DNA from: Candidatus Hadarchaeota archaeon | GTDB taxonomy: Archaea; Hadarchaeota; Hadarchaeia; Hadarchaeales; Hadarchaeaceae | DNA length: 64,000 bases | Direction of reading: 5' to 3' | Assembly (NCBI GenBank): GCA_964514965.1 | Contig: CAZETV010000001.1 | Location: 30,756-94,755 of the forward strand | Shown here: one piece after another, positions 45,020-56,028 of the stretch | Position numbering within the stretch: the first letter of the stretch is position 1 | How the letters are laid out: each line of letters opens with the position of its first letter | Translations under genes and position numbers: made by a program | Notes under the pieces: generated by a model | What the model was told of the DNA's origin: nothing | Database searches by the model: none | Seen by the model: the letters and a program-made list of their open reading frames with translations, nothing else

Positions 45020-45907
45020 GTGGTAAATCCTAAAATGCGTGTTGGAAAAAGAGATGTGTTAGCGGTTTTACCTAAACGAAAGCATGGAGCACACAAAGGT
45101 GACTATGGACGGTTACTCGTTGTCGGGGGCGGGTCGCGTTATGTTGGGGCTCCAGCGCTCGTTGGCCTAGCCGCGTTGCATTCCGGTGTTGACCTCGCAA
45201 TCATTGCTGCGCCTGAAAAAGCAGCTTGGACGATAAACTCATTCTCACCAGACCTTATCACAATCAAACTTCCCTGTCGCGACCTTGAGCCCTCCGCAAT
45301 TTCTGAATTACGGAACGAATTTAAACTCTCAACAGCCGTAGTCGTGGGGCCGGGATTGGGCACGCTTGCGAAGACACGTGACGCTATAATCGAGATAGCA
45401 CGCACCCTCAAGGAGGCGCAACCAAACCTGCCCGCGCTCTTCGACGCGGATGGGTTGAAAGCGCTGGCATCAGAGCGGGATTTACTTCAGGAAATGCGTT
45501 GGGTTCTGACACCCCATGCGCGTGAGTTCGAATTACTAACTGGCGTGGACCTCCCAGCTGACATAAACGGACGAGCCCAACAGGTCAAGGCTGCCGCAAA
45601 GCAGTTCGGCTGCACGGTGTTGTTGAAATCGTGGGTGGACATTATTGCATCACCTGCTGGCAAAGTTAAACTCAATTACACAGGCAACTCCGGGATGACA
45701 GTGGGAGGCACAGGTGATGTACTCGCAGGAATAGTGGGCACTTTCTTGGCGCAAGGGGTAGAACCTTTCAAAGCTGCGGTCTCTGGAGCTTGGGTATGCG
45801 GGCGGGCGGGGGATATATGCCTTCGGGAAAAGAGTAATGAATTCTTAGCATCAGACTTGCTTGGGAAATTATCCGAAGTTTTCAAGGAGGTTAGAGGAAG
45901 GAGATGA
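45020..45907 (+). CDS. ADP-dependent NAD(P)H-hydrate dehydratase (YjeF C-terminal/Nnr2 family)
   Basis: [13 protein letters not shown] ... GPGLG ... [11 protein letters not shown] motifs. Confidence 0.75.
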   Translation: MVNPKMRVGKRDVLAVLPKRKHGAHKGDYGRLLVVGGGSRYVGAPALVGLAALHSGVDLAIIAAPEKAAWTINSFSPDLITIKLPCRDLEPSAISELRNEFKLSTAVVVGPGLGTLAKTRDAIIEIARTLKEAQPNLPALFDADGLKALASERDLLQEMRWVLTPHAREFELLTGVDLPADINGRAQQVKAAAKQFGCTVLLKSWVDIIASPAGKVKLNYTGNSGMTVGGTGDVLAGIVGTFLAQGVEPFKAAVSGAWVCGRAGDICLREKSNEFLASDLLGKLSEVFKEVRGRR

Positions 45908-45911
45908 TATT

Positions 45912-46058
45912 ATGGCGAAATTTGAAGCTGCTGAGCGGCGCTTATTTAACGTGAAGATATGTATGCGGTGCAACGCGCGCAACCCTTGGAAGGCAACCAA
46001 GTGCAGGAAGTGCGGCTACAGTGGGCTTAGGTCGAAATCGAGGGAGCCACGAGGATGA
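45912..46058 (+). CDS. rpl40e: 50S ribosomal protein L40e
   Basis: [48 protein letters not shown], a close match to the L40e zinc-ribbon family. Start taken at the internal ATG 45912. Confidence 0.8.
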   Translation: MAKFEAAERRLFNVKICMRCNARNPWKATKCRKCGYSGLRSKSREPRG

Positions 46059-46807
46059 AAGTGGAAGAGCGATTGAAACGAACCATAGCTCGAGAGGGTG
46101 CAGCTCACTTAACGCTTATAGACCCAGCAAAACAGGCTCCGAGAGTCGCCGCGCAAATAGCGTCGGATGCTGCATCTGCAGGAAGTGATGGCATTATGGT
46201 TGGTGGCTCTACTCGCGCGGGTGGCAGTCTCCTTGACCGGACTGTAGCGGAGATAAAAAAAGCCATAAAACTTCCTGTTATCCTTTTTCCCGCAAGTGAA
46301 GCAGGGATAAGCCAGCATGCGGATGCAATCTTTTTCATGAGCATGCTCAACTCCCGTGACCCCTATTTTATCACTGGTGCTCAAAAGTGCGGGGCGCCGC
46401 TCATAAAACAATTAAAGTTGGAAACCTTGCCTATGGCCTATTTATTGGTCGAACCTGGTCAGGCGGTCGGGAAGGTCGGGAAAGCAGACCTTCTCCCCCG
46501 CACCAAACCTGAGCTGGCCGCGGCATACGCGCTTACGGCGCAATATCTGGGGATGAGGTTTGTCTACTTAGAGGCTGGTTCAGGGGCGCCTATGCCAGTG
46601 CCGGCAAGCATGGTGCGAGCGGTGCGGGAGTCAACGCAAGCGACGCTCATTGTGGGAGGCGGGATAAAAACACCGAGAGCGGCTGCCGAGCGCGTGAAAG
46701 CTGGTGCGGATATTATTGTAACTGGGACCATCGTTGAGCGCGCAAAAGATAGGGTAAAAAAAATTCGTGAAATAGTGAAAGCAATTAAACTAGGCCGCGG
46801 TGCTTAG
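46055..46807 (+). CDS. geranylgeranylglyceryl phosphate synthase (PcrB family)
   Basis: TIM-barrel GGGPS motifs: LTLIDPAK ... [10 protein letters not shown] ... VEPG ... YLEAGSGA ... IVGGGIK. Confidence 0.85.
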   Translation: MKVEERLKRTIAREGAAHLTLIDPAKQAPRVAAQIASDAASAGSDGIMVGGSTRAGGSLLDRTVAEIKKAIKLPVILFPASEAGISQHADAIFFMSMLNSRDPYFITGAQKCGAPLIKQLKLETLPMAYLLVEPGQAVGKVGKADLLPRTKPELAAAYALTAQYLGMRFVYLEAGSGAPMPVPASMVRAVRESTQATLIVGGGIKTPRAAAERVKAGADIIVTGTIVERAKDRVKKIREIVKAIKLGRGA

Positions 46808-47003
46808 CGCAGGAAATGCAAGCGTAACCTTTGAAGCTTGGAGTAAAAACGCGCCTCCGATCGATACCGGGAATCTTGGGGTCAACCCTGAAGCCTTTCC
46901 TCACTGATACGGCTTTTATTCTAGGCACCATTCGCCCGCAATATACACAGGGGACTGGCTGACTTCGCCCTCCCGCACGATAGCGACCCCATTTTTTACC
47001 CAT
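46785..47003 (-). CDS. ribosomal protein S26e-like zinc-binding protein
   Basis: CVYCGRMVPRIKAV ... YACISCAKH matches the S26e CxxCxRxVPKDKA ... YCVSCAIH pattern. L34e is an alternative. 72 aa. Confidence 0.45.
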   Translation of the reverse strand: MGKKWGRYRAGGRSQPVPCVYCGRMVPRIKAVSVRKGFRVDPKIPGIDRRRVFTPSFKGYACISCAKHRGLV

Positions 47004-47219
47004 TTTCTCAACTGCACATTATTCGGAATTGTAGGCTATAACTATTTTGGGTGATTAAAAGTTCGCATTGACTGTTCCATCTTCCCTCGACTTTGCCTTT
47101 TCGGGGTCGCGGATCGCCCGATTAATGGAATTTATTCAGGATTTCCCGATTCTTACGAACTTTTACGAAAGTGTTAAATCATATTAAAAAAATCCTTATA
47201 GAGTCGGAGTGAAATCTCC

Positions 47220-47762
47220 ATGAATGGCATGATAGAGATAAGATTTCACGGTCGCGGTGGGCAAGGAGCAGTGACCGCGGCTAGGTTGCTTGCCGAGGCG
47301 GCTTTTGCGGAAGGTAAACATAGCCAAGCTCTCCCATTTTTTGGGGCTGAAAGAAGAGGGGCGCCCGTGCTCGCGTTCACGCGAATAGATAGCAGGCCAA
47401 TCCGCATCCGCACGCAAATTTACGAACCTGACTATGTGGTGGTGCTAGACCCTTCACTGCTGGAAGTTGTGAACGTCGCTTCTGGCATAAAGCAAGGTGG
47501 ACTAATAGTGCTCAACTCTAAAAAAAATGCACAATTTCCCAATGCTAAAAGCGCTTTCGTTGATGCTACTTCGATAGCGAAGGAGATGCTAGGGGTGCCG
47601 ATAACAAACACAGCCATGCTGGGCGCTTTTACGAAGGCGACGAAGCTCTTGTCGTTGGATTCGCTCATAAATGTGATCAAAGGACGCTTTTCAAGTAAAC
47701 TTGCAGAAAAAAACATCGCTGCGATAAAAGCAGCGTATGAACAAACAAAGGTGATGACATGA
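47220..47762 (+). CDS. porG: pyruvate:ferredoxin oxidoreductase gamma subunit
   Basis: [23 protein letters not shown] ... typical PorG. Confidence 0.9.
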
Positions 47763-48019
47763 AATTACCCCCTAGCACGATTATCCTTAAACCGGGGAAT
47801 AGTGAGCAAAATGAAACTGGCAGTTGGCGGAGCCTCAAACCAGTGGTCGATGCTGAAAAATGCAATGGATGCGGGCTGTGCTGGCTTTATTGCCCTGAGC
47901 CAGCAATTACCAAGGGCAAACCTGTTGTTATTGATTACCGATATTGTAAGGGCTGTGGTATCTGTGCCAATGAATGTCCAGTCAAAGCGATAGTGATGGT
48001 TGAGGAGGGACAAAAATGA
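47759..48019 (+). CDS. porD: pyruvate:ferredoxin oxidoreductase delta subunit (2x[4Fe-4S])
   Basis: [13 protein letters not shown] and [12 protein letters not shown]. Confidence 0.9.
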   Translation: MKLPPSTIILKPGNSEQNETGSWRSLKPVVDAEKCNGCGLCWLYCPEPAITKGKPVVIDYRYCKGCGICANECPVKAIVMVEEGQK

Positions 48020-49200
48020 GGCAACTGGTTACTGGTGACGACGCCGCTGCTATCGCCGCAAAGCTTGCACGCGTCAAGGTCATCTCAGCTTACCCAATAA
48101 CCCCGCAGACGATAATCGTAGAGCGACTTGCCGAATTCGTGGCTAATGGTGAGCTGGATGCAGAATACATTAAAGTGGAGTCAGAACACAGTGCACTAAG
48201 TGCCTGCTTAGGTTCTGCAGCTGTAGGGGCAAGGACATTCACTGCGACTTCCTCTCAGGGACTAATGCTCATGAGCGAGATATTGTTCGTCGCTTCTGGC
48301 ATGCGGTTGCCCATTGTCATGGCGAACGCAAATCGCTCGCTCTCTGCGCCGCTCAGCATTTGGTGCGACCAACAAGACTCAGTAGCTGTGCGCGATTGCG
48401 GTTGGATACAACTTTATTGCGAGAATAACCAAGAGATTTTCGACTCAACTCTTCAAGCATTCCGCATCGCTGAAGAGTCCTTGCTTCCAGTGATGGTCTG
48501 TTTTGATGGATATATTCTTTCACACACGGCCGAGCCCGTGGAGATTCCTGAGCAAGCTGAAGTCGATAAATTCTTGCCGCCCCACAAGTATCCTTATCCC
48601 CTCGATCCCGAGAAGCCCAGCACGATGGGTGCGGTCGGAGTACCGGACTATTATGAGGAATTTAGGTATCTGTTGCAAGAAGCCGTACTCAAATCGAAGG
48701 AAAAAATAATTGAAGTTGGACAAGCATTCGGCAAGCAATTTGGAAGGAAAAGTAGCCTCATCGAGTGTTACCGAAGTGATGATGCAGATATGATTTTGTT
48801 AACAATGGGCTCGTTGAGCGGCAGCGTTAAAGAGGTGATTGATGAGTATCGCGCTCACGGTGAACGAGTTGGGCTCGTGAAGGTGCGAGCATTCAGACCC
48901 TTTCCAGAAAAAGAGTTAATGGACTCGCTTGGTCACGCCAAGGCCGTAGCTGTACTCGAAAAAGATTTCTCGCCCGGTTCCACTGGGGCACTTTTTTCGA
49001 ACCTTTCTGGGGCGTTTGTAAATTATAAAGATGCTCCGCTCTTGTTGAATTTCATTTGTGGTCTTGGTGGACGTGATGTTTCATCGCTTCAAATTAGGGA
49101 AGCGACCAAAGCAGCGATGGAAGCAGTGAAAACCGGTGAGGTCAAAAAAACTGTTCACTGGTTAGGATTGAGAGAAACTATGGTGGGGTTAAAACCATGA
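48016..49200 (+). CDS. porA: pyruvate:ferredoxin oxidoreductase alpha subunit
   Basis: 394 aa PorA fold. Translationally coupled to porD and porB. Confidence 0.9.
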   Translation: MRQLVTGDDAAAIAAKLARVKVISAYPITPQTIIVERLAEFVANGELDAEYIKVESEHSALSACLGSAAVGARTFTATSSQGLMLMSEILFVASGMRLPIVMANANRSLSAPLSIWCDQQDSVAVRDCGWIQLYCENNQEIFDSTLQAFRIAEESLLPVMVCFDGYILSHTAEPVEIPEQAEVDKFLPPHKYPYPLDPEKPSTMGAVGVPDYYEEFRYLLQEAVLKSKEKIIEVGQAFGKQFGRKSSLIECYRSDDADMILLTMGSLSGSVKEVIDEYRAHGERVGLVKVRAFRPFPEKELMDSLGHAKAVAVLEKDFSPGSTGALFSNLSGAFVNYKDAPLLLNFICGLGGRDVSSLQIREATKAAMEAVKTGEVKKTVHWLGLRETMVGLKP

Positions 49201-50069
49201 GCCCCGTGCCCGAAGAAGAATTGCTCGCGCCGGGACATCGCGCATGCCCAGGGTGCGGTAGCATCCTTGCGATACGGTACGCGCTAAAAGCTCTTGGTAA
49301 AAACACCATTGTTTGTGCTCCAACTGGTTGCATGGAGGTCGTGACCACGCCATACCCAGAAACCGCTTGGCGAGTGCCTTGGATACATGTGGCTTTTGAG
49401 AATGCCGCCGCAGTTGCTTCTGGAGTTGAGGCTGGTCTGAAAAGTTTGGGTAAACGTGGCGTCAAGGTCGTTGCAATAGGTGGTGATGGAGGCACTGTAG
49501 ATATCGGGCTTCAAGCTCTTTCTGGAATGGTCGAGCGCAACCACAATGTGCTTTACATTTGCACTGACAACGAGGCTTACATGAACACTGGGATTCAGCG
49601 AAGTGGAGCGACACCCTACAGCGCATGGACAACTACAACACCTATAGGCAAGGTGAAGCGAGGTGAGGACCTCCCGAAAAAAGACATGCCGGCAATAATC
49701 GCGGCTCACCGTGCTCCTTACGTTGCGACCGCTTCAGTTGGCTACCCTCTCGATTTCATTAAAAAAGTGGAGAAGGCAGCCTCGATCGAAGGACCAACAT
49801 ACATCCATGTGCATTGCCCGTGCGGTCCTGGATGGAGAATCGATTCCGGCAATACTATTGGAGTCGCCAAGCTTGCAGTGTTGACAGGAATGTGGAATCT
49901 CTATGAGATCGATAATGGCGTGTTTAAGCTCACTTTTAAGCCGCCTAAGCGAAAGCCGGTGGCAGATTACTTGAAAGTGCAGGGGAGATTTAAGCATCTA
50001 ACTGAAGATGAAATCGCGGAGATTCAGCGGGCGGTAGATGAACAGTGGAAGCGCTTCGGCATCAGTTAG
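49197..50069 (+). CDS. porB: pyruvate:ferredoxin oxidoreductase beta subunit (TPP-binding)
   Basis: CPGCG ... GDGG ... TPP-binding motifs. 290 aa. Confidence 0.9.
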   Translation: MSPVPEEELLAPGHRACPGCGSILAIRYALKALGKNTIVCAPTGCMEVVTTPYPETAWRVPWIHVAFENAAAVASGVEAGLKSLGKRGVKVVAIGGDGGTVDIGLQALSGMVERNHNVLYICTDNEAYMNTGIQRSGATPYSAWTTTTPIGKVKRGEDLPKKDMPAIIAAHRAPYVATASVGYPLDFIKKVEKAASIEGPTYIHVHCPCGPGWRIDSGNTIGVAKLAVLTGMWNLYEIDNGVFKLTFKPPKRKPVADYLKVQGRFKHLTEDEIAEIQRAVDEQWKRFGIS

Positions 50070-50105
50070 ATGAATTTTTAAAACTGAAGCCTGACCTGTT
50101 TTAAA

Positions 50106-52427
50106 TTGGGTGGGGATTTGCGCGCTCGTGCTGAAATAGCGGTCACTGGAATAGTGCAGGGAGTAGGATTTAGACCGTTCATCTATCGACTTGCCACTCA
50201 TCATGGGCTCACTGGCTTCGTCCGGAACATGGGCGACGCGGGAGTGCAGGCGGTCGTCGAGGGTGATAAAAGGGCAATTGAAAAATTTGTCAGCTTGTTG
50301 TGTCCCGAGCAACCACCGCTCGCGAGAATAGATAATGTTCGGGTTGTGTGGAAGAATCCAACCAACGAATTCGCTATTTTTAGGGTAGTACCGAGTGAAA
50401 AGAGCGGCTTGGGACTTCCTTCGGTAGTGCCACCTGATCTCGCGCTCTGCGACGATTGCTTACACGAGATGCTCGACCCAAACGACCGACGTCATAATTA
50501 TCCATTCATTACTTGCGTCAACTGTGGCCCTCGCTTCACTATCATCGAGAAGCTCCCCTACGACCGACCTCGAACTTCAATGAAGACTTTTCCGCTCTGC
50601 GACGATTGTCTCCGCGAATATCAGAATCCCCCTGACCGACGATATCACGCAGAACCGACATGTTGCTCCGTCTGCGGTCCTCAAATGAAACTCCACGATG
50701 CAGAGGGGAATCCCATTGATGTGCATGAACCGCTGCGTGAGGTAGCGCGTCTGCTTGATGGTGGTAGTATGGTCGCCATCAAGGGGATAGGAGGAATTCA
50801 CATAGCATCGAAAACAACCGAGGATGAAGCACTTGCACGCATGCGGAGGGCATTCAACCGCTTTCAGCAGCCATTTGCGGTAATGTCTAGAGATATTAAG
50901 ACAATCCAGACTTTTGCGGAAGTCAGTAAAGCCGAACTTGAGTTGCTGAAATCCTTTCGACGGCCGATAGTTGTGCTTCAACGCTCTAGCGATTATATGC
51001 TTTCAGAGCTCGTGGCACCCGGTTTGGATTCAGTTGGCGTGATGCTGCCTTACTCGGGGATTTATCATCTCATTCTGAATTACGGCAAGGATCCGGCCTA
51101 CGTTATGACGAGCGCAAATATCGCTGGGTTACCGATGATAATAGATGATACTGAAGCTTTCAGAAAGCTGCGAGGAGTGGTCGATTACTTTCTATTTCAT
51201 GATAGGCTAATCGTCAACCGATGTGATGACTCTGTGATTAAGGAGGTCGATGGAAAGCCAGCATTTTTGAGGCGTTCGCGAGGTTTCGTGCCGGAACCCG
51301 TGAAGCTTAATTTTGTGAGTGATAAAAAAGTGCTCGCATTGGGTGCTGAACTCAATGTGACTTGCTCGGTTCTGACTGGCGACCGGTGCTTCCCCAGTCA
51401 ACATATAGGCGACACTACAAAAGTGGAAACTTTCAAATACATGCAATCAGCTGCTGAGCGACTTATGTGCTTGTTAAACTTGGACTCAGTTGACATAGTT
51501 GTTCACGATTTACACCCCAACTATGCAACGACAATGATTGCACCGCGGATGGCAAAGAAGCTCGGAGCAAGAACCCTCTCTGCGCAACATCATCACGCTC
51601 ACCTTGTTGCCCTGATGGCAGAACATAGTCTCAGCGAGTTCGTCGGCATCGCCATAGATGGTGTTGGGTATGGTTCAGATGGCACGATATGGGGTGGAGA
51701 AGTCATGTTGGCCGATTTGAACTCGTTTAAACGTGTGGGCGGGCTAATGAGCCAGCGCATGCCTGGAGGTGACTTGGCGGCGATATTTCCAGCGCGCATG
51801 GTTGCAGGCATCCTCTGGCAGCACATCGAGCGTGAGGAGCTTGAGCGGGTTCTGGACGAGTTCTGCGCGAGTAGCTTCAGACGCGGAAAGCGAGAGAGAG
51901 AGATAGTTCTTCGCCAACTCGAGCGCGATTTGAACGTGTTTCGAACGAGTAGTTGCGGTAGAGTACTCGATGCCATCGCCTGCCTGCTCGGGATTTGCAA
52001 CGAACGAACCTACGAGGGCGAGCCGGCAATCAAGCTTGAGGCGGTAGCAAACAGGGGGGACGCAGGAAAAGTGAGACTAGAACCAGTAATCGAAAAGATC
52101 GGCGGGATGGTGGTCGTTAACACATCTAGGTTGCTTATGGATGTACTCGATGCCCTCCGAGCACGAGTTTCCCGCGAACACATCGCGGCTGCGGCTCAAC
52201 AAGCTATCGCTCGGGGATTGGCGTCAATCGCTATCGATACAGCTTCATCTAACGGAATTGGAGTTGTCGGAGGGTCAGGTGGGGTGTTCTACAACAAATC
52301 TATCACTACAGCAGTGCACAGAGAAGTCGAGAAAGCTGGATTGAGGTTTGTCCAACACGAGTTTCTACCCCCGGGTGATGGTGGCATCTCCGTCGGGCAG
52401 GCAATCATCGCAGTAAAACGGTCATAA
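50106..52427 (+). CDS. hypF: [NiFe]-hydrogenase maturation carbamoyltransferase HypF
   Basis: Acylphosphatase domain, two Zn-finger pairs (CDDCLHEM ... CVNCGPRF and CDDCLREY ... CSVCGPQ), YrdC and Kae1-like domains. 773 aa with a TTG start. Confidence 0.9.
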   Translation: MGGDLRARAEIAVTGIVQGVGFRPFIYRLATHHGLTGFVRNMGDAGVQAVVEGDKRAIEKFVSLLCPEQPPLARIDNVRVVWKNPTNEFAIFRVVPSEKSGLGLPSVVPPDLALCDDCLHEMLDPNDRRHNYPFITCVNCGPRFTIIEKLPYDRPRTSMKTFPLCDDCLREYQNPPDRRYHAEPTCCSVCGPQMKLHDAEGNPIDVHEPLREVARLLDGGSMVAIKGIGGIHIASKTTEDEALARMRRAFNRFQQPFAVMSRDIKTIQTFAEVSKAELELLKSFRRPIVVLQRSSDYMLSELVAPGLDSVGVMLPYSGIYHLILNYGKDPAYVMTSANIAGLPMIIDDTEAFRKLRGVVDYFLFHDRLIVNRCDDSVIKEVDGKPAFLRRSRGFVPEPVKLNFVSDKKVLALGAELNVTCSVLTGDRCFPSQHIGDTTKVETFKYMQSAAERLMCLLNLDSVDIVVHDLHPNYATTMIAPRMAKKLGARTLSAQHHHAHLVALMAEHSLSEFVGIAIDGVGYGSDGTIWGGEVMLADLNSFKRVGGLMSQRMPGGDLAAIFPARMVAGILWQHIEREELERVLDEFCASSFRRGKREREIVLRQLERDLNVFRTSSCGRVLDAIACLLGICNERTYEGEPAIKLEAVANRGDAGKVRLEPVIEKIGGMVVVNTSRLLMDVLDALRARVSREHIAAAAQQAIARGLASIAIDTASSNGIGVVGGSGGVFYNKSITTAVHREVEKAGLRFVQHEFLPPGDGGISVGQAIIAVKRS

Positions 52428-52430
52428 AAA

Positions 52431-53030
52431 TTATACACCCATGGCCCAGAGGAGCACTAAAATTGAGTTGTAAGCGTTGTGGGTTATAATCGCTCCAGCC
52501 AGTCCGCTTACCAGATAGCAGATTCCTAGCAGAAGTCCAGCCCCAAGCAAAGGTATCACAAACGCAGGGTAAGTACCGGGATTTGAGAGGTGGAATGTAG
52601 CGAAGATGATGGTTGAGACCAGCACCCCCATCCATTTCGAGCGAGTCCGCCGTGCCACTTCCTCAAGTAAAATACCCCTGAATATCCACTCCTCAAAGAT
52701 AGGCAGCAAGTTGACCATCATGAGCAACAACAACGGATATTGCTCTTGGAGCGCAGTGAAGGGATACTCCTCCGTCGAGTACATCTCCACCCCCGCTCCA
52801 TGAAGGATATTTCCTACTATAATCGTCATGGCGAGTGCCGCAGCGGTAAATGCAAGTGAAATTAAGATAAGTTTAATTGACTCCCGCATTCGCATTTGAC
52901 GCGCTATAGGTAACCAATGGTTTGGCCGTATTCGCTCGAGGTAAGAGGGTCTCAACGCAACGAGCTTACCGACTACGAGGCCAAGCGCGATGCCGGATAG
53001 GAGAATTCTAGCGAGGTCGAGCCAGAGCAA
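52431..53030 (-). CDS. CPBP-family (CAAX/Abi) intramembrane metalloprotease
   Basis: EEWIFRGILL ... FATFHLSN motifs. Confidence 0.7.
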   Translation of the reverse strand: MLWLDLARILLSGIALGLVVGKLVALRPSYLERIRPNHWLPIARQMRMRESIKLILISLAFTAAALAMTIIVGNILHGAGVEMYSTEEYPFTALQEQYPLLLLMMVNLLPIFEEWIFRGILLEEVARRTRSKWMGVLVSTIIFATFHLSNPGTYPAFVIPLLGAGLLLGICYLVSGLAGAIITHNAYNSILVLLWAMGV

Positions 53031-53035
53031 CTAAA

Positions 53036-53271
53036 TCACGGAACATATTTTTTAGAGAGTTTTTCGTAGCGCCGATTTAAGGATGTACTTACCTTTATCG
53101 TCCATGTGGGCTTGTTTTCTCGCTGTCGGCGCTCGACTTTTCCTTCCTCAGCCAGTCTAAAGAGATCGACCCGTAGTTGGGTGATGTCGATCCCAGTTTT
53201 CTGAGAAAGCTCTTCGATGGTGAGCGCGACTCCGGCCTCTCTTAACGCCTTGAGAATTTCATCCTTTCGCA
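53036..53271 (-). CDS. small winged-helix protein (78 aa), TTG start
   Basis: Start taken at the TTG at 53271, which lies 4 nt after the upstream gene's stop with GAGGTGA upstream. The wHTH core is LTIEELSQKTGIDITQLRVDLFRLAEEGKV. The longer track ORF from 53386 overlaps the upstream gene by about 110 bp. Confidence 0.5.
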
Positions 53272-53276
53272 AGTTT

Positions 53277-53603
53277 TCACCTCTTCTCCAACTTTTCGAG
53301 TACTTCAAGAATAGGTTTAATACGGTCGAGCAGCTCCAAGGTCTTGGCGTGGTCAGTTTCCTTTTCGAGCTGAGCAGCAAGCGCATTTAGTTTAGTACGT
53401 AGGACATCTCCAACTTTCTCGGTGAGGGCAGCTTTGGGCTTAGCTTCAGCTTTCGCGGCTTCGGTTCTCCCGCCACAAACAGGGCAGACGACTTTCCCCT
53501 TAAACTCGAATAGAGGCCCCTTGCAGGTGCCGCAGTGCATCGAAAGCATCTTCCCCCCGCCGAGGAGCATTTCCGTCATCTTAGCTATTCTTTCGTCTTG
53601 CAT
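53277..53603 (-). CDS. UPF0148-family zinc-ribbon protein
   Basis: AKMTEMLLGGGKMLSMHCGTCKGPLFEFKGKVVCPVCG matches the archaeal UPF0148 signature. Confidence 0.7.
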   Translation of the reverse strand: MQDERIAKMTEMLLGGGKMLSMHCGTCKGPLFEFKGKVVCPVCGGRTEAAKAEAKPKAALTEKVGDVLRTKLNALAAQLEKETDHAKTLELLDRIKPILEVLEKLEKR

Positions 53604-53674
53604 CTGACCCCAAACTCTTTATGAGGCCCCTTCCTTAAAATTAAGTGGATTGGATATGCGGACGGGTGATAACC

Positions 53675-53932
53675 GTGTCCTCGGATGTCAAACTAAGGCA
53701 AGTAGCGGAAATAATGGCGCGTGTGGCAGAGGATACTTCAGTTCCCCGCAATATTCGAAGAGCTGCTAACGAAGCTAAGAATGCCCTATTGAAACAGGAG
53801 GGCGATTCAGTTCTCAAGGCTTCTTCTGCGACAATGATACTTGACGAAATAAGTAATGACCCCAATATGCCCATCCACACTCGAACGACGATATGGAGTG
53901 CCCTCAGCGTCTTGGAAACAATCCGCGAGTGA
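53675..53932 (+). CDS. UPF0147-family protein
   Basis: DTSVPRNIRRAANEAKNALLKQEGD ... ISNDPNMP ... VLE pattern matches UPF0147. GTG at 53675 is preferred over the upstream ATG at 53645. Confidence 0.65.
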   Translation: MSSDVKLRQVAEIMARVAEDTSVPRNIRRAANEAKNALLKQEGDSVLKASSATMILDEISNDPNMPIHTRTTIWSALSVLETIRE

Positions 53933-54105
53933 GGTAAATCATTCTTGCGATACTCTCGACTGCCTCTGCCACGAGAAATGCTTTGTGTGGTGTATGCTTA
54001 ATGGTTATTAACTCGCGTTTTTTCCACGATGAACTTTTGGGCTGTGTTGGAAACCGTTATAGCCTCTGGGGTTTCTTAACTTTTGGTTAAAATTTAGGTG
54101 ATTGT

Positions 54106-54459
54106 ATGGGATTAGATTTGAAAACTTTCGTCCAGATTCTCAAGAAAAAAGACACAAAAAATGCCAAGGAATGGCTTGAGCAAATCAGAAGCAGAGTTGA
54201 TTTCAACGATGAGTTCGGGCAAGGTTATCTGCTGGCGCTGCGGGGTATGGTTGCGGCTCTTGAAGCCGGAGGAGAGCTGTCAGTGATTAACCGCGTGGTG
54301 AATGGAGAATACAAACAGGAACAAGTTTCAGAACTTGTCAAAAGTGTGCAGGAGAGGCTCGCATCGAAGTTTAGGCCCAAGGATGAAACGGGATTCTACA
54401 CTGCGTTGGTTGAGGTGCTTCAGGAATTCTCTGGAGAAATGTCTGACGTGCCTGCTTAG
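54106..54459 (+). CDS. hypothetical protein (117 aa)
   Basis: ORF only. No family recognized. Confidence 0.35.
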   Translation: MGLDLKTFVQILKKKDTKNAKEWLEQIRSRVDFNDEFGQGYLLALRGMVAALEAGGELSVINRVVNGEYKQEQVSELVKSVQERLASKFRPKDETGFYTALVEVLQEFSGEMSDVPA

Positions 54460-54624
54460 TTTCTTTAAAGTATTGTAAGGATGTTTAGGATTCCGTGCAT
54501 TGTGTCAGCTTTCTCGCACCCTATAACAATTAATTATAGGTTTTAAGTTCAAACCTGCAGTTGTTTTTAGCCTAGCAAATCCTTTATACACTTTCGGCGA
54601 GGGTATACGGTTGGAGGTTGCGTC

Positions 54625-56028
54625 ATGCTACATTTCATAGGGTTCATTCTGCTCGCTCTAGGTGCTGTGATGTTGGTACCGACTCCAGTGACATTTATAG
54701 CGAACGAAACCTATTTGCTCCCATATTTCGTAGTCCCAGCAGTCATCGTCTTAGTGCTAGGATTTTTCCTAAGGCGGCGTTTTCCACCTGTGGATATAAC
54801 CTTGGGCAAGGCAATGGTGCTTGTCGCCATTAGTTGGATAATATTCTCGGCATTCGGCTCGATACCTTACATCTTCGGCAACCACATGCTAGTCGAGGAC
54901 GCTTATTTTGAGAGCATGTCTGGTTTCACGGCTACAGGATTAACAATGTTTTCTAATGTTGACGCAATTCAACCAACCATCCTTTTCTGGCGCAGTCTAA
55001 CCGAGTGGGTGGGCGGTATGGGTGTGATCGTTCTCTTCTTAGCAGCTCTCATCGGCGCGGGGAAAGCAGCTCGGAAGATATATGTTGCTGAGGCGCGAGC
55101 TGATCGCATCGAGCCAAGTATTCGAGAAACTGCTCGTTCCTTATGGAAGATATACGTGTTACTCACTCTTCTGGGCATTGTTGGATTATACTTCGCAGGT
55201 GCACCCAACATGTCGCTGTTTGAAGCAGTTAACCACTCAATGACGGGAATTGCCACTGGCGGATTCAGCGTGCGCAACGCGAGTTTTGTGGGGTATAGCT
55301 TTCCCGTGCTTATAGTTACGATTTTGATAATGATGGCAGGCGCGATTAGCTTCGCGGTCCATCGAAGAGTCATGACCGGGCATTGGCGAGAACTTTTCCA
55401 AAACATCGAGGTTCGGCTGATGCTCGTACTAATAGCGCTGGCCACACTTTTGCTTATGTGGAGCGTGGGATTGCAGAACGCACTATTTCAATCCGTTTCT
55501 GCTCTGACTGGAACAGGTTTCTCCACGACCAACCTCTCAACGTGGGGAGATCCCCAAAAGGGACTGCTCACGATTCTTATGGTTATAGGTGGAGGGTATG
55601 GTTCAACCTCGAGTGCGATCAAGCTCATCCGGACCGTAGTCATCGTTAAATCGGTCCACTGGATGATTAAGCGAAGCTTTCTTCCGGAGCGAGCTGTTGT
55701 GCCGATGAAAATATCTGGTAGGATTTACAGCGAACAGGAGATGATGGAAACTTCCATTTATGCATTTCTCTACATTATCGTGCTGGTAAGCGGTGCAATA
55801 GTGCTGATGGCAATGGGCAACTCAGCCATTAATTCGGTATTTGAGTCGGCCTCAGCTCAAGGGAACGTTGGCTTATCTGTGGGGATAACTTCAGCAGCAA
55901 TGCCCTTAGTTGGAAAGATAAGCCTGACAGTTCAAATGTTGGTAGGACGCCTTGAGATAATTCCGGTGATAGCGTTCGTTAGCTACCTGATAGCTAGGGT
56001 GCCTCGCCCTCGGCAGAAGCCCTTCTAG
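54625..56028 (+). CDS. trkH: TrkH/KtrB-family K+ transporter membrane subunit
   Basis: 467 aa polytopic protein with repeated pore-loop-like segments (SGFTATGLT, TGTGFSTT, SAQGNVGLSVG). Confidence 0.85.
   Translation: MLHFIGFILLALGAVMLVPTPVTFIANETYLLPYFVVPAVIVLVLGFFLRRRFPPVDITLGKAMVLVAISWIIFSAFGSIPYIFGNHMLVEDAYFESMSGFTATGLTMFSNVDAIQPTILFWRSLTEWVGGMGVIVLFLAALIGAGKAARKIYVAEARADRIEPSIRETARSLWKIYVLLTLLGIVGLYFAGAPNMSLFEAVNHSMTGIATGGFSVRNASFVGYSFPVLIVTILIMMAGAISFAVHRRVMTGHWRELFQNIEVRLMLVLIALATLLLMWSVGLQNALFQSVSALTGTGFSTTNLSTWGDPQKGLLTILMVIGGGYGSTSSAIKLIRTVVIVKSVHWMIKRSFLPERAVVPMKISGRIYSEQEMMETSIYAFLYIIVLVSGAIVLMAMGNSAINSVFESASAQGNVGLSVGITSAAMPLVGKISLTVQMLVGRLEIIPVIAFVSYLIARVPRPRQKPF

Noticed and set aside
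47196-47417. 73-aa minus-strand ORF upstream of and overlapping the porG start
   Set aside because: It overlaps the strongly supported porG and has no motif. Likely spurious.
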